A DNA stretch of 60,210 bases, filler included, from Sphacelaria rigidula (lineage: Eukaryota): the NCBI GenBank assembly GCA_964200075.2. It is 6 parts of 6 records of this genome, joined end to end, with 100 filler letters (N's around TTAATTAATTAA, not from the genome) between each part and the next. Parts side by side here need not be neighbours in the genome. Positions count along the whole stretch, not along the records: positions 30,160 to 40,110 come from CAXNAA020007430.1; positions 40,211 to 50,161 come from CAXNAA020007431.1; 4 more parts are not named here. One strand, given 5' to 3'. How positions within the stretch are numbered: position 1 is the stretch's first letter; each line of letters starts with the position of its first letter. The position numbers and the translations under genes were made by a program. The notes under the pieces were generated by a model. That model was not told the DNA's origin and did not search any database. It was given only the letters and a program-made list of their open reading frames with translations. Positions 37,554-49,284 of this stretch are shown here, piece by piece.

Positions 37554-38174
37554 CCGAGGTCGTGTTCTGTAGGGTACGGATTTCTGCAAACCCAGGGTAT
37601 TTTCCCGGGTATTTACCGTACTTTCAGTTCTGTGACTTCTGGGAGACTTTCATACTGATACCCGACAGTTTTGTAAACTCTTCAAGACTTTCATGCCGGT
37701 ACCCGATAGTTCTGTAATCTCTTCAAGACTCTCATACCGTTACCCGATAGTTATGTGAGTTCCGTAAGCCCCGCGTACCGTTACCGGGGGGCGCGGGTGT
37801 GCTCTTGACAAGATACTCGGTTGCGGGTACGGGTTTTTGTGCAACCTCCGTACCCTACCGGACAGTTTCTGTGAGTTCTGTAAGCCTCCCATACCCTTAC
37901 TCAACAGTTCCATGAGTTCTGTACAGAATGTTTACCCGTACCCGGAGAGCGGGTATGCTCTTGAACAAATACCCGATTGCCGGTACGGTTTTTCTGTAAG
38001 CCTCCCATACCGTACCCGATAAGTTCCGTACTTTCTGTCAGACTTTCAAAGCGGTACCCGACAGTTTTGTAATTTCTCGGAGACTTTCATACGGGTACCC
38101 GATATTTCTGCAAGTTCTATAAGGAATCTCATACCCTACAGAACATACCCGTACCCTAGAGAATATAACCTTGG
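37554..38174. mobile_element. TIR element with internal ~41-nt tandem repeats
   Basis: CCGAGGTCGTGTTCTGTAGGGTACGG at left versus CCGTACCCTAGAGAATATAACCTTGG at right; AAGAT in both flanks; TACC-initiated units at 37659, 37700, 37741 and 37782. Confidence 0.75.
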
Positions 38175-40110
38175 AAAGATCGACACAACAACATACTGCA
38201 TGAAGAGGGGCACAACAACAACACGAGCGGCAGTTTCTATCCTCCTGTTGTTGTAACCCTATGTACAGGTGTACAGCAACGTCAGTCACAGGTTTGTTGT
38301 AGAATGAACGACAATAATGGTACATTTCGTTTGAACGTGGTCGTCATTGCGAGGTGACGCGTGTACTTGTGATTGCTACTGATTGGCTCTTGTGAGTTTT
38401 ATTTCTTCTGGATACAACTGACTGTAGAGTTGGTCGGTCGATTTTCCCGATATATAATGCCCAAAGTCGGGCCCCATTCACGGACGTGTGGTGTCGAGGG
38501 AAAACATGAGCATACGCTTGGTGTAATCGATGATGATGTGGTATGCTGCACACTGATGAACTCTAGACAGCTTTTTTTTTCCGCGGCACACGGCCGAACT
38601 ACATTATACGCGACTCCTTCGCCGATTCGAGATTATGATGTACACCAGCAGGGACATGGCTTAAACCCGCATTTCGTTGTACGAACACACTCCAACCCAC
38701 CGCACTTTGAAGCAATTGGAACATCCCGCAAGAAGACAAAGCAAGTCAGTGTGTGTACCTGGTTGCGGCAGTGGCTACCGTAGAATTCTCGATTGGTTGA
38801 GAGCTGATGGCCAGCCAAGCGCAAGGACAGCAGGCGAACAAAAAAAACACCGTACCCACCAGAATCACTCTCTTTATCACGGCACGTTGTCCCTTTCCTT
38901 TTCTCGTTTAACCGCGGCCTTAGACCTTAGGCTAGTTTTTATAGCAGTCACCAATCTCGATCTCTACGCAGATCAGGGGACCTAAAATAGGGAAATGCAT
39001 TGTGCGGACCCCAATCTAAGCCAGATCAAGGAAGCGAAGATCGGGATGTCACGATTTAAAAATGACTGTTCAGGCCCCCCCAATTTTGAGGAAGGTGACG
39101 TACGTGTATTGACGTAAGATGATGAGGTAAGAGGCATTTGATATATATTTGCAACCGCAGCGGCAGATAGTCTCGCGACAGCGCAGGGCGTGCCTGCCCG
39201 TGCCAGTTGCTGGAGCAGCTTGGCACGGGGTTTGACAAGCGAATAATAAGTGTCGACGCCGTACCCTGCGACGATGGCCATACTTTATGCTGCACTGCGC
39301 TGCCGTATGTATCACCACAACGAACGGTACTGTACTCTCCTAGTCTGCTGTCGCTGTAGCTGCAGGGTAATGTACGGCACTGCACTACTGAACTCTTTTC
39401 GCGCACTGTTTGTTCACTGCTCTCGCAATACCGACTGTGCCATCATGTATTACCGCACGGCAAAACCATGTAATGTAATTATGAAGTGCTCTGCACTGTA
39501 TTACCCTAGGGTACCAGGGTACAACACTGTACTCGAAGGATTATTCACCACCTGCCTGCCCGTCGGCTTCACTAGTACGCGATACCACACTCATGCAGAA
39601 AATGACCACCCGTGTACAGAACCATTTCACAAATCTGTGAGACTATAAAAAAAAAAACGGTCCCAACGGATCTGAGTTTCGCAAATATGAGTCCCCCCGA
39701 TTTTGCACAGATTGGAGTCTCTACAGAATCGAGATTCGTTCCCATGAAATTTGATGTTAGCAGCAGGTGCATCATATGATAAGCAAACCTGCTAATTACG
39801 CACTACAGTCTGCGCGGTGGAACCGCAGTGGATTATGACCGCTGCCTGTATCCTGCAAATTCGGACGAGTAACTTAGTACGTCGCCTCTGTAGGATTCAT
39901 GGATGACAGCTACATACCCAAAATAGCGAGGTCGAAATAGCTGAGCCACCATCTGTTCCCACGGCTTTATGTATTTTACGATTGGGTATGACTGTGGTTT
40001 TTGCGCAAGACTTTTCTACCGAAGCCCTGTGGCGGAGATCGGCCATTTATAGTTTTTTTTTTTTTTCTTGCTTTGTTCTGATCTTCCTTCTTTTCTTTCC
40101 CCCGTTTTTT

Positions 40111-40210
40111 NNNNNNNNNNNNNNNNNNNNNNNNNNNNNNNNNNNNNNNNNNNNTTAATTAATTAANNNNNNNNNNNNNNNNNNNNNNNNNNNNNNNNNN
40201 NNNNNNNNNN
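40111..40210. other. Artificial contig linker
   Basis: Same cassette. Confidence 0.97.
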
Positions 40211-40534
40211 GACGACCGCTGTGTACCGCTTATACGGCCTGTGCTGCACGTTCTGCTCTCTGCATGCTTAGCAGCCGATCGACCAAAAAGCTGATTTTGG
40301 AGGATGACACATACGCGCTTACTCGCAGTGCTGTAAGACTACGTAATCGGATGCTTGAGACACATATAATAGCTCAAGCAAAGCGCCGTGCTCTTGTGCA
40401 CACGCAGAAAAATACAGAACGGAAAACGGTTCATATTTCGCGGAGATATGAACGATTGAAAAAACTTGTATCTTAATTGGCTCTGTATCTTAATTGGTAC
40501 ATTTCCCTCTATATTTATATATATATATATATAT

Positions 40535-40584
40535 ATACCGAAAAGCGTGGACCGGCGTCCAGAATTGATGGGACAATAACACAT
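40535..40584 (+). mobile_element. SINE 3' fragment next to a (TA)n tract
   Basis: CCGAAAAGCGTGGACCGGCGTCCAGAATTGATGGGACAATAACACAT matches the SINE 3' end. Confidence 0.7.
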
Positions 40585-41645
40585 ATCCTGTGAAATCAAC
40601 GAATCGAACATCGTTCCCAAAACATATCATCTCGCAACTTGCTACTTGACGCGAGAGTTAAACCATAGAGGTCACTGCATGCATTTCTGTTTTGTGCAGC
40701 ACATGTCCCTGAAATTTTGTATAGCATATCATACGTATGCTTTCAATGAAAATCAAAGCAAAATAAATCATGTACAGTAAATGTTTTGCGCAACACATAC
40801 GGTTTAATGTACTGTCCTACAATACACGACAATCATGCTGTGTGCACTGGCATTTTTCACCTGATTACCTAGAATCAATCATGCTTACCAACATCTACGT
40901 AAAGTAGCAAGCATAACAAAAACATAATACACCCTTTACTGGTGTGTTACATTTTCCTGCCCCAACGCTTATGAGCGGAACTGTTATAGCTGCTTCATGC
41001 CTGACTTCAAAGCATATGGGGGTAGTGCGGGATCAAAAACTTCTGTACAAAGGTTGATGAACAATTCCACCCGTGTACGGTACAATACTCGCGGTAGACT
41101 ATTTTCAAATAAAGTAAGGTCCTGCATACAGACCAATTCAGTAATATAAACACAGTACCGAAACTTCAAATCAATTACCACGCTTGCCAACGATGCGCTA
41201 CTCTGTACAGTTCAACCGATCAATTCCTCCTTGAACAACTTTCTCGGAGAATTCCTGGTATTGCGTACAGGCAAATGAAGGATATACGCACCAAATACCA
41301 TGTTTTCCTGCGCTACGTTGAACATTCAGTAGTAAACGGTGAGTAGTGGCGTTCGTTGATGTCGCTGGGTCCGTACTCGATAAAAGCGCTGTAGTTGTAG
41401 TGGCGTTCGTTGATCTTGTTCGGTTCGTTCGCGGCGGTGTTGTAGTACAATATAGCTGCTCGCCTTATTCCGTGCTCTCACTCGATCGTGGTTGCTGCTC
41501 TAGTGATGGTGTAAAATATTCCGAACAGTGAAGGACACCTGATAGCACTGACAAACAAGTGTTCCGTTTCAACTGAAACGCGAAGAGTCAGAAAGTTTAA
41601 GTGACATAATGGTGTAGCACGTCCTGTGCTTCGAGGAGAGCGATG

Positions 41646-42590
41646 TTACTGCTGATGCGCGAGTGTGCTGAAGATGTGCTCCTGGATGTTGGCTCCTCGA
41701 TAGTGGATGCTTCCCTCGGGCTTGCTCGTGGAGTCGCTTGGAGAGGTCGCTTCTTGGTTAAGCAGGTGATGGCCTTTCGTTTGTTGTGCTGATTGCCCTC
41801 GCTGATGATGATATCCTGTACCGCGTCTCCTGCGCTGGATTTTCCTGGGGTGTTTAATCGCCCCGCTTTTCACGTAGGCAGGTGAGGGGACTAGCCCCTG
41901 CTGCGGTACTGCAGCACCGCTTTTCTTGATGTCAAGCACTTCTGTGATGTACCCTTTTTCCTCTCGTGTCTTTGTAACTTCGATGTCAGAGCTGCCCGAG
42001 TGGATTATCTTGGGCTGCCGCTGCTGTTGTTGCTGCTTCTGCTGTTGGTGGTTCGGCTGCTGCTCATGCTGGTGATGGCGCTGATGGGACTGCGACTGCT
42101 CCTGATGCCGATGATGGCGACGATGGGGCTGCGGCTGCTGCTGATGTTGATTACGGGCCTTCTGCCGTGAAGTTGTCAGTCTTTCCGTTGTAGAAGACGG
42201 AATAACGTTCGTTCCTGTACCCCTCTTGTAATTTCCGCGCCTGCTGGTTTCTGCCGCTGTAGAGTTGACCGGCCTGTTATTTTCATGGGATTTTCAATTT
42301 TCTTTATTATACGTACGGATGCATGCAGTTGTAGGCTTGGCCAATGAAGATCTAGATCTACTACTGTAGTTACGACTCTTGTTCATTTTCCCAGCTGAAT
42401 AGCACACAGTTTTGTCTTTTCTGCCGGCTGCTGTCGGAGGTGGTTCTACAATCTTGACGGTTCCTGTCTTGTTCGGCGGAAACACTGCGGCTGATAGTGA
42501 TGTGCCCATCCCAATACATTCTCCGGATAATACCTTAGTTGTGATTGCTGACTCGATCCTTTTGTTCAAGGTGTTCGAATCTTGAGCAAC
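41646..42590 (-). pseudogene. Low-complexity Q/H-rich host-like exon with one premature stop
   Basis: ORFs 42294-42596 and 41646-41939 are in the same frame and the intervening part is open (QHQQQPQPHRRHHRHQEQ..); candidate TGCAG|G acceptor at 42590; no recognisable domain. Confidence 0.4.
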
Positions 42591-42607
42591 CTGCATGCTA
42601 ATGTAGT

Positions 42608-42911
42608 CTAACCAACCATCTCACGTTCGATATTCGGCAATAGCTGGTTATCCAGAAAATGCCCGCTGGAGCCACTGTCAACGGCCATCTTGAAGAAAAT
42701 TTCGTCGGGTGTACAATAATTGGCAGTGACATGCGAACCTGAAAGGAAGGAAAACCCGATACCGTTTGATGGTTGACATGAGTCAAGCACAGTTTCGGCT
42801 GAAGGTGTCGAAATATGTTGGCCTTGGTGATTCGATGGTACTGTCGCGGAAGCTGGATCGGCGATGGTAGTGTTGGCTTGATGTTGATGTCCATTGAAGT
42901 TGTTGCTGCCG

Positions 42912-42966
<55 letters not shown>

Positions 42967-44119
42967 CGTCGTCGTTGCTGTTGTCGCGGTTGTTGTTGTT
43001 GCGTTGACTTCTACACTCGGAGTCGTCATGTTTGTCTGTATGGTGAACACTGCACCATTTAACAGACCTGTTCTGGTGGTTTGACTGGCCACTAGAACGG
43101 CCGTCACGGGCGTGGTGACCTCTTCTTCCGCACAAAAAGCATTTTCCGCGAAATTTCGCGGCTTGATTCAAGGAATGCGACATTGCCGCCGCCAGCATAG
43201 AAGAATCACGGCCATGTGATCTGCTCGCGGTTACTTTCCTCGCCAGTCTATTGGCATACATGTAACATAGGGTAGTTTCAATGTCCCCGATGCTCAAGTC
43301 TGGATCTCGTTCTGCGTTGTATTTCACTTGGTCACCCTCGCTGGTTAGACCCTCGACTACGATATCAGTGAGTCTTTCGTCGGAGATGGACTCGCCAATG
43401 TGTCCGAGCTCGTCTCGGAGCTGAAATAGTTTTACCAAAAAAACATCCGGGTCTTGTCCCGGTGAAATGGTCATGGTGTCCAGCTGTCGCATCAGTAAGC
43501 GGCGTCTTTGCTTTGATGAATTTTGGTACTTGGCTACCAATCCTTCCCACGCACTTTTGACGTTTGGTTTCTCTGAACCCTTCGGCTGGAAACGCGAAAG
43601 ATAACTTGCCGCTGAACCAGTTATCGATAAGTACAAAACGTTGAACGACTGTTCGTTATACCGGTCCCAGTTTTGTATCTCACGCGTGTTCAAAATTTGT
43701 CTCACATTTGACTCCATGCTGGGATGACCAGACACTTCTCGAACAGGAGGTTGGGCTTGATCACCAGCAGTTTCAGCATCACCAGCCGCTGCTGACCTCT
43801 CGTTCCCCGCGGTTGCCTCCACCGATGGCAACGGCGAACGAGCGGGCGGCTGCTGATGGCTTCTGGAACGGGTCGCAATGGGGCTTGTTCTTGATGTCGA
43901 TCTGGCAGCTGGCTGTGGGTGATCTACCTCAGAAAAATCTTCACGAATTTCCGGGGGGCGTTCAACCCCGTTGAGGATATCAGATACCTCCGGATGAATC
44001 AAGGAAATCATCGCACGCGTAGAGCGCGCCCACTCGGCGAATTTCGTACCGTCGAACTTGTTTATACTCCTGGTGAATTGAGTTATAGATGGCTCTCCCG
44101 ATGTATTCATCTGCCTCAA
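42608..44119 (-). CDS. Ty1/Copia gag-protease fragment (503 aa, 3'-truncated element)
   Basis: KFDGTKFAEW, AWEGLVAKY..LMRQL..PGQDPDVF (UBN2-like gag), CFLCGRRGH and WCSVHHTDKHDDSEC knuckles, in-frame (AAC)n poly-Asn, MAVDSGSSGHF protease. Confidence 0.9.
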
Positions 44120-44777
44120 ATGTTATTTGTCAAAGACGTTCTCTTCACACCTGCAGATCCTGTGAAAGGATCTGATTTCTTGGTCTACTGATTGATACTA
44201 CTGAGACGACCTTGCAGTGACGCCCCCTCGCTCGTGCTGACCTTTGTAGTCTCGATTCGAAGGCCGATGACCTGAAGAACTACGTGGTCGCGAATCGAAG
44301 GCTCAAAACCTGTTGGAAATATTTGTGGCTCGTGGCGTTTTCTACTGTTCTCGAAACAGACCGACTACTGTCCCGAAGACGGTAGTTTAGCAGAGGTTGC
44401 ACAGTAGTAGTCAAACTGCTTGCTTGTGCAGCAGACAGAAAGTCCAAATACAAAAATAGTGTTCGGGGCTCTTCACTTCGGCCACTTCGGCCGAACAATT
44501 AGGCAGCCTCTTTTGCAAGCAGAGTGCTGAGGAAATGAAGAAGAGCTGGGTAAGCTTGGTAAGCTTGGGAGAGTGATTGCGAGGGCGATAGACCACCGAA
44601 TACAGCCATACTCAATCCTGGAAGAAGAATCCAACACTCTACACGTACGTAAGGTCTAATCGTATCACTCAATTCAACCTCGCTATTGCTGACGCGGTAG
44701 CCTCGCTAGCTTAGATTAACTGCAAAGTTGCACACAAGATATCCTATAGCTTACGTGGCCTAAATACTCTGCTAGAG

Positions 44778-44972
44778 TTGATTGATTGATAGATTGATTA
44801 TCTCACATTAGCTGATTGCAACAACCCAGCCCGTGGTCAGGAGCAGCAAAAATTGAACAGAATAACAAAACAAATACAATAAAAAAGAAAATTACAGAAA
44901 AACGACAGAATCAACGGCCTCAAAAAGGAAAGAAAAGGGACCGCGATAACAACAAAAAACACCACTATCACC

Positions 44973-45031
<59 letters not shown>

Positions 45032-45845
45032 ACAACAGCATTAACAACAAAATAACAACAAACACAAACACAAACACAAGCACGAACAGAAACAAAAAGG
45101 ATGATGATCGTGCATTACGTAGCTGATTGTAACACTCCAGCTCGTAATCAGAAACAAAAAGGAGAAACATGAAAAAAATGGGAGAAAAATGAAAGAAAAT
45201 AATAATAGAACGTAAAAAAAAAGGAATACAGTAGACAAGAAGACAGAGCCAGGCTTGTTCCGGCAGCGGGGGGGGGAAGGGGGTGGGAACACAGACGAAA
45301 CAAAAAGCAAACAAAAAAAGAAGAAACCATCAGGAACAAAAGATGAAACAAAGTAGAGATGGGGACCAAATACATGCCCTGCGTATCTGGCGTAGGCTAT
45401 GGTGAGTTGTTGTTGATACTGTTGGTCCCAGGTGCTGTCGGGGCACCTTGGCCTGCAGCTTTCGCGTGCCGTATCGCTGCCTCCGCGTCATCCTTTTGGC
45501 ACCAGTCCGCCATAAACCTTCCTGCTCCCTGTTCAACACAGCTGCGCCACTCTACTGCATTCAAGGCTCTGGTAGTCCACCCCTGCCATTCGATACCGAA
45601 CGCCTTCATGTCTTCCGCTAGGCAGCGGATCCAGTCCTCGTGCCTGCCGTTATCCTCTCTTTTTTGCCCCTTCATTACTATAATTTCAACGAACATGACG
45701 TGTTTCGGTATCCGTCCGGGTGACATGCGCGTGACGAAACTGGCAAAATGGAGTCTCCTCTTTCTCACCGTCGTCTCGATGCTTTCGCACCCTGTCCTCG
45801 CGAGGGTCTCTCGGTATGACAGAACGTGGTCTGGTATCTTTCATT
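44778..45845 (-). mobile_element. 5'-truncated RTE-type LINE (C-terminus, 3' UTR, (ATCA)n tail)
   Basis: DHVLSYRETLARTGCESIETTVRKRRLHFA..RIPKHVMF..WIRCLAEDMKAFGI; ends GACCACGGGCTGG..ATCAGCTAATGTGAGATAATCAATCTATCAATCAATCAA; (CAC)n(CAA)n tract in the UTR. Confidence 0.88.
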
Positions 45846-46271
45846 GACAAATCATGGCAACACGCCTACTGTAGCAGTATCCTACCTGAAATGTCATTCA
45901 CACAGGTAGACTTTAAATCAACACAAAAGAGTTACTCTCCGTGAAAAGGATACTTATGAAACGGTCTTACGTGGTCCATTGTTTTGTTGAAACGCACCAG
46001 ATTGTACCGTTATCGTTTGCTGCAACAGCTTCATTCAAACATCATGAATATAGACGGCATCGTCTAGATTTTTGCAAGAATTGAATATACTCACGCTTTG
46101 TCATGAACAAGAATGATGCAGGATATAGTGCGGCACAAGTAGCATTAACCATGTTGCGGTTGCGGAGGATTAGGTAATCCATCAGATGAATAGTGTCTAA
46201 TGACGTAGGTTCTGCGAGTACAATATACTTCACGCGCAGACAAACGAACTAGACATCGCCCCCGTCAGACA

Positions 46272-46570
46272 GTCAGGTCGGGTTCTGGGTGCCATCTGTC
46301 TGCCTTGCTCTGGGGGTTTGCATAAGTGTATGTGGTGAGTCCGTGTGTGTGGTATTGAGTGGGAGAGATCGAGGGTAAGTTATCGAATAACAGTGTGTGA
46401 GTGATTGAGGTGAATTGGCTGAATAAGTAGAATGTGACGACGAGATAATCAACACGCTATATACAGTACTACTGATATTTGCCTGAACCGGGCTACTGAC
46501 TACTGTTCACGCACTTGATTCGTGTGGACGCTTGCACCCGCATCAGAGCGGTTTATCACGCCAGCGGGAG
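46272..46570 (+). mobile_element. Probable 5' LTR and PBS-like region of a Copia element
   Basis: Non-coding block directly upstream of the gag ATG at 46703, followed by GGTTTATCACGCCAGC; boundaries approximate and no second LTR for comparison. Confidence 0.35.
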
Positions 46571-47140
46571 AGATTTACCGCCTTTGCAGTAGGGTTTGAG
46601 ATCGGAGAGAGTTTGAGTAAAAGAGTTCTTGAGAGAGTGGTGTGGCGGTTTTCAGGTTTGAGTAAAGGTTTTGCAAGGTTGACAATTTCACTAGGTTTTA
46701 ATATGGAAGAGTATCAGCACCCCACGACCGTGGGAGAACAAGTGAGACATCTAACTGAACCGATAAAGAGAATGCAGCAGACAATGAAAAGTTCACCGGT
46801 GATGCCTGCTAATACAGCACCGCAAGCACCGTTCCACAACCTCAATTCCCACCGTGTTCGCAACAACAAAAGCACTCCACCTTGGGATGTAAAAGCTGCA
46901 ACATCCACTAATGCCAAGGAAAGATTCGATGTGTTTTACATCCAGATGTGTGCGAATTTCAAGGATGAAAACTGCTATGACGCTTTGTCAGTTGATAAAC
47001 CCATCAGAGCACATCGTGAAAACGAGGAGGATTTGCGAGCACATTTCGGAAATGTAGCTGTCGACAAAGCCAAAAAGGCCATGAAGATAATTCTCGATAA
47101 GGAAACCTATCCCCCCCTCGTAAGGCACACCGATATGCTT

Positions 47141-47626
47141 CACATCCTGGACAATACAATATCTTTCCAATATATATTAGGCGATCATATTGGAATTTTG
47201 CGATGTATTGCCGGCGTAATATATATTGGTACCCTTGGACTGCAAACGTATTGCGCGCCCAATATATATTGATGTCGTGGGACTGCATACATATTGCCCG
47301 CCAATATATATATTGGTACTGTGGGGTTGAACACATATTGTACCATCAATATATATTGGGGTAGCGTGGGCGACAGCACATTGGACGACCAATATATATT
47401 AGGGTCGCACTGATGAAAACATATTGACCGGTCAATATATATTGTGTCTGCGTGGGTGCTAATGTATTGGCCGGTCAATATATATTGGATATTATAATCA
47501 TGGTGTGTGCTTTAAGAAAGGTCCACACGCGATGGATGCCAGAGTCAGTCCAGATTGAGAAAAGCTTTAAAGGGAGCCGCAAAAGTCCGCGTGCATTACT
47601 ACGGAGAGTTGTTGAATGCGGTGACG

Positions 47627-47666
<40 letters not shown>

Positions 47667-48824
47667 TTGATCAGAAAGTATGGTGACAGAATAGGCGACC
47701 CGGTATACACGCCTTCTGATACCTATCTGGCCACCGGTGCGAGACCGCCCATCCCCTTCACAGCATGTGATTCATATATATATATATATATATATGCTAA
47801 GCATCACGATGACAGAAAACGCGGGTCGATATGCGCCTTTTGGTACCTCTGTGGTCACCGGGTCTGTGTTGCTTGTACCCTGGAGAATACAATATGTTCC
47901 AATATGATACCAATACTGTGTATTGGAGCAAGCTCAAATATTGACCTTTCAATATATATCGTGTTGAGATGTCCTCGGAGACATTGAAGCAATAGTATAT
48001 ATTGCCCCTGTCATGATCATGAAGTAATGTATATGACAATATATATTGGGCATGCATTTGCTCTGGGAATAAAACATTCAACATATGTTGTGCATGCCGG
48101 CCGTGTACGTATTGAAGTGTCAATATACATTGAGTTGAAGCGATGCGTAGCATATTGTTACCACAATATATATATTGAACGCAAGTCATGCAAAAGTATT
48201 GTTTCTCCAATATATATTGCGCACGTTCATCGCATAGCTATTGTGTAGCCAATATGTATTGAACACGCTTGCGGAGGAATATATCGAGCGTTTTCGGCAT
48301 GTGGTGACACATCTTTCGTTGGCGCCCGCGAACATAAAGTTGCCCAACATACTAATTCCAATACACTTTCCAATCTACATGTTGAAAATCAAAATGTATT
48401 GCTACATCAATATGTATTGTGACCGTCGATTCCCTAGTGTATCGTCCGCCCAATATATATTGGACGCATTGCACGACATAATGGGGCGGCAATATATATA
48501 TATTGACGCCTCGGGTGTTGAGTATATTGAATCGTCAATATATATTGACCTCGTGTGGCAGCCAATATATTGCTCGACAAATATATATCGGTGCTTCCTC
48601 GCACCGATATATTACTCGGCAAATATTTATTGAGGTGGCGCGTGTCGTGATATATTGTTCGGTCGATATATATTGGATGTTGCAGGCCTTGACATATTGA
48701 TGGCACAGTATATATTGACCCTCTCTCGTGCCATCATATTGCTCGCCCAATATATATTGACCACCCAACGCGTCGACATATTGTGCGGGCAATATATATT
48801 ACATATTGTATTGTCCAGGGTGTG
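47141..48824. mobile_element. Non-autonomous TIR DNA transposon with 8-bp TSD (hAT/P-like signature)
   Basis: 22-bp TIR CACATCCTGGACAATACAATAT / ATATTGTATTGTCCAGGGTGTG (1 mismatch); TSD ATATGCTT (47133-47140) / ATATACTT (48825-48832). Confidence 0.9.
47168..48801. repeat. Interspaced dual-motif array, 42-43-nt period: RTATTG-N6-CAATATATATTG-N18/19, in three blocks
   Basis: Palindromic 12-mer or close variants at 47168, 47217, 47260, 47302, 47347, 47390, 47433, 47476; 48079, 48121, 48164, 48208, 48250; 48408, 48451, 48490, 48536, 48579, 48621, 48664, 48706, 48748, 48790. Intervening segments are all different. Confidence 0.92.
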
Positions 48825-49284
48825 ATATACTTGCGAACCCAAGCGAAGCATGGGATTATATCATAAAGTATTACAGGATTCCAGCAGCCACGGAAACAGC
48901 CAAGTTGGAGTACGAGTGGCAAACTTCACAGATGGCTGACGGTGAATTGCCGATGAATTTTCTCTGGCGGGCAGAGTTCATTTGCACGGAGCGCGCAGAA
49001 TTTAATGTAGTTATCTCGGACTCTGAGACAAACAGGCATATTGTTCGATGCCTTTCGTCAGAGTACGAGCACGAACGTAGTAATGTATTAGCACTACGTG
49101 AGATAGGCATAGAAGAGTTCACCCGCCAACTGGAAAATGCGTATGCTGAAGCACAGTTGACAAGAGAGAGGAAGGAAGGATCGAGGAGGAAAGCTATAGC
49201 TCAAGGTCAGGTATATCATCTACGAAATACGCGACAAACACAACACAGTGGAACTACGGAAACCATACCCCGTACACGTGGCCA

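Larger units (their letters stand above)
46703..49220 (+). pseudogene. Copia-like gag interrupted by a TIR element
   Basis: ORF parts 46703-47140 and 48833-~49220 join in frame (..RHTDML|ANPSEAWDYI..KLEYEW..MADGELPMNF..ISDSETNRHIVRCLSSEY) after removing 47141-48832 (1692 nt = 564 codons). Confidence 0.8.

Noticed and set aside
42598-43107. Poly-Thr and poly-Val ORFs (also poly-Q/L/V ORFs at 44816-45314)
   Set aside because: Alternative-frame readings of (AAC)n microsatellites.
48320-48333. TGGCGCCCGCGAAC resembling a tRNA-Lys primer-binding site
   Set aside because: Short imperfect match with no adjacent LTR end.
47168-48801. Calling the array a bona fide CRISPR locus
   Set aside because: The repeats are only 6+12 nt, the context is a eukaryotic TIR transposon, and no cas gene is present; reported only as CRISPR/TIGR-like architecture.
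47004-48922. Many Ile/Tyr-rich ORFs
   Set aside because: Translation by-products of the CAATATATATTG array.
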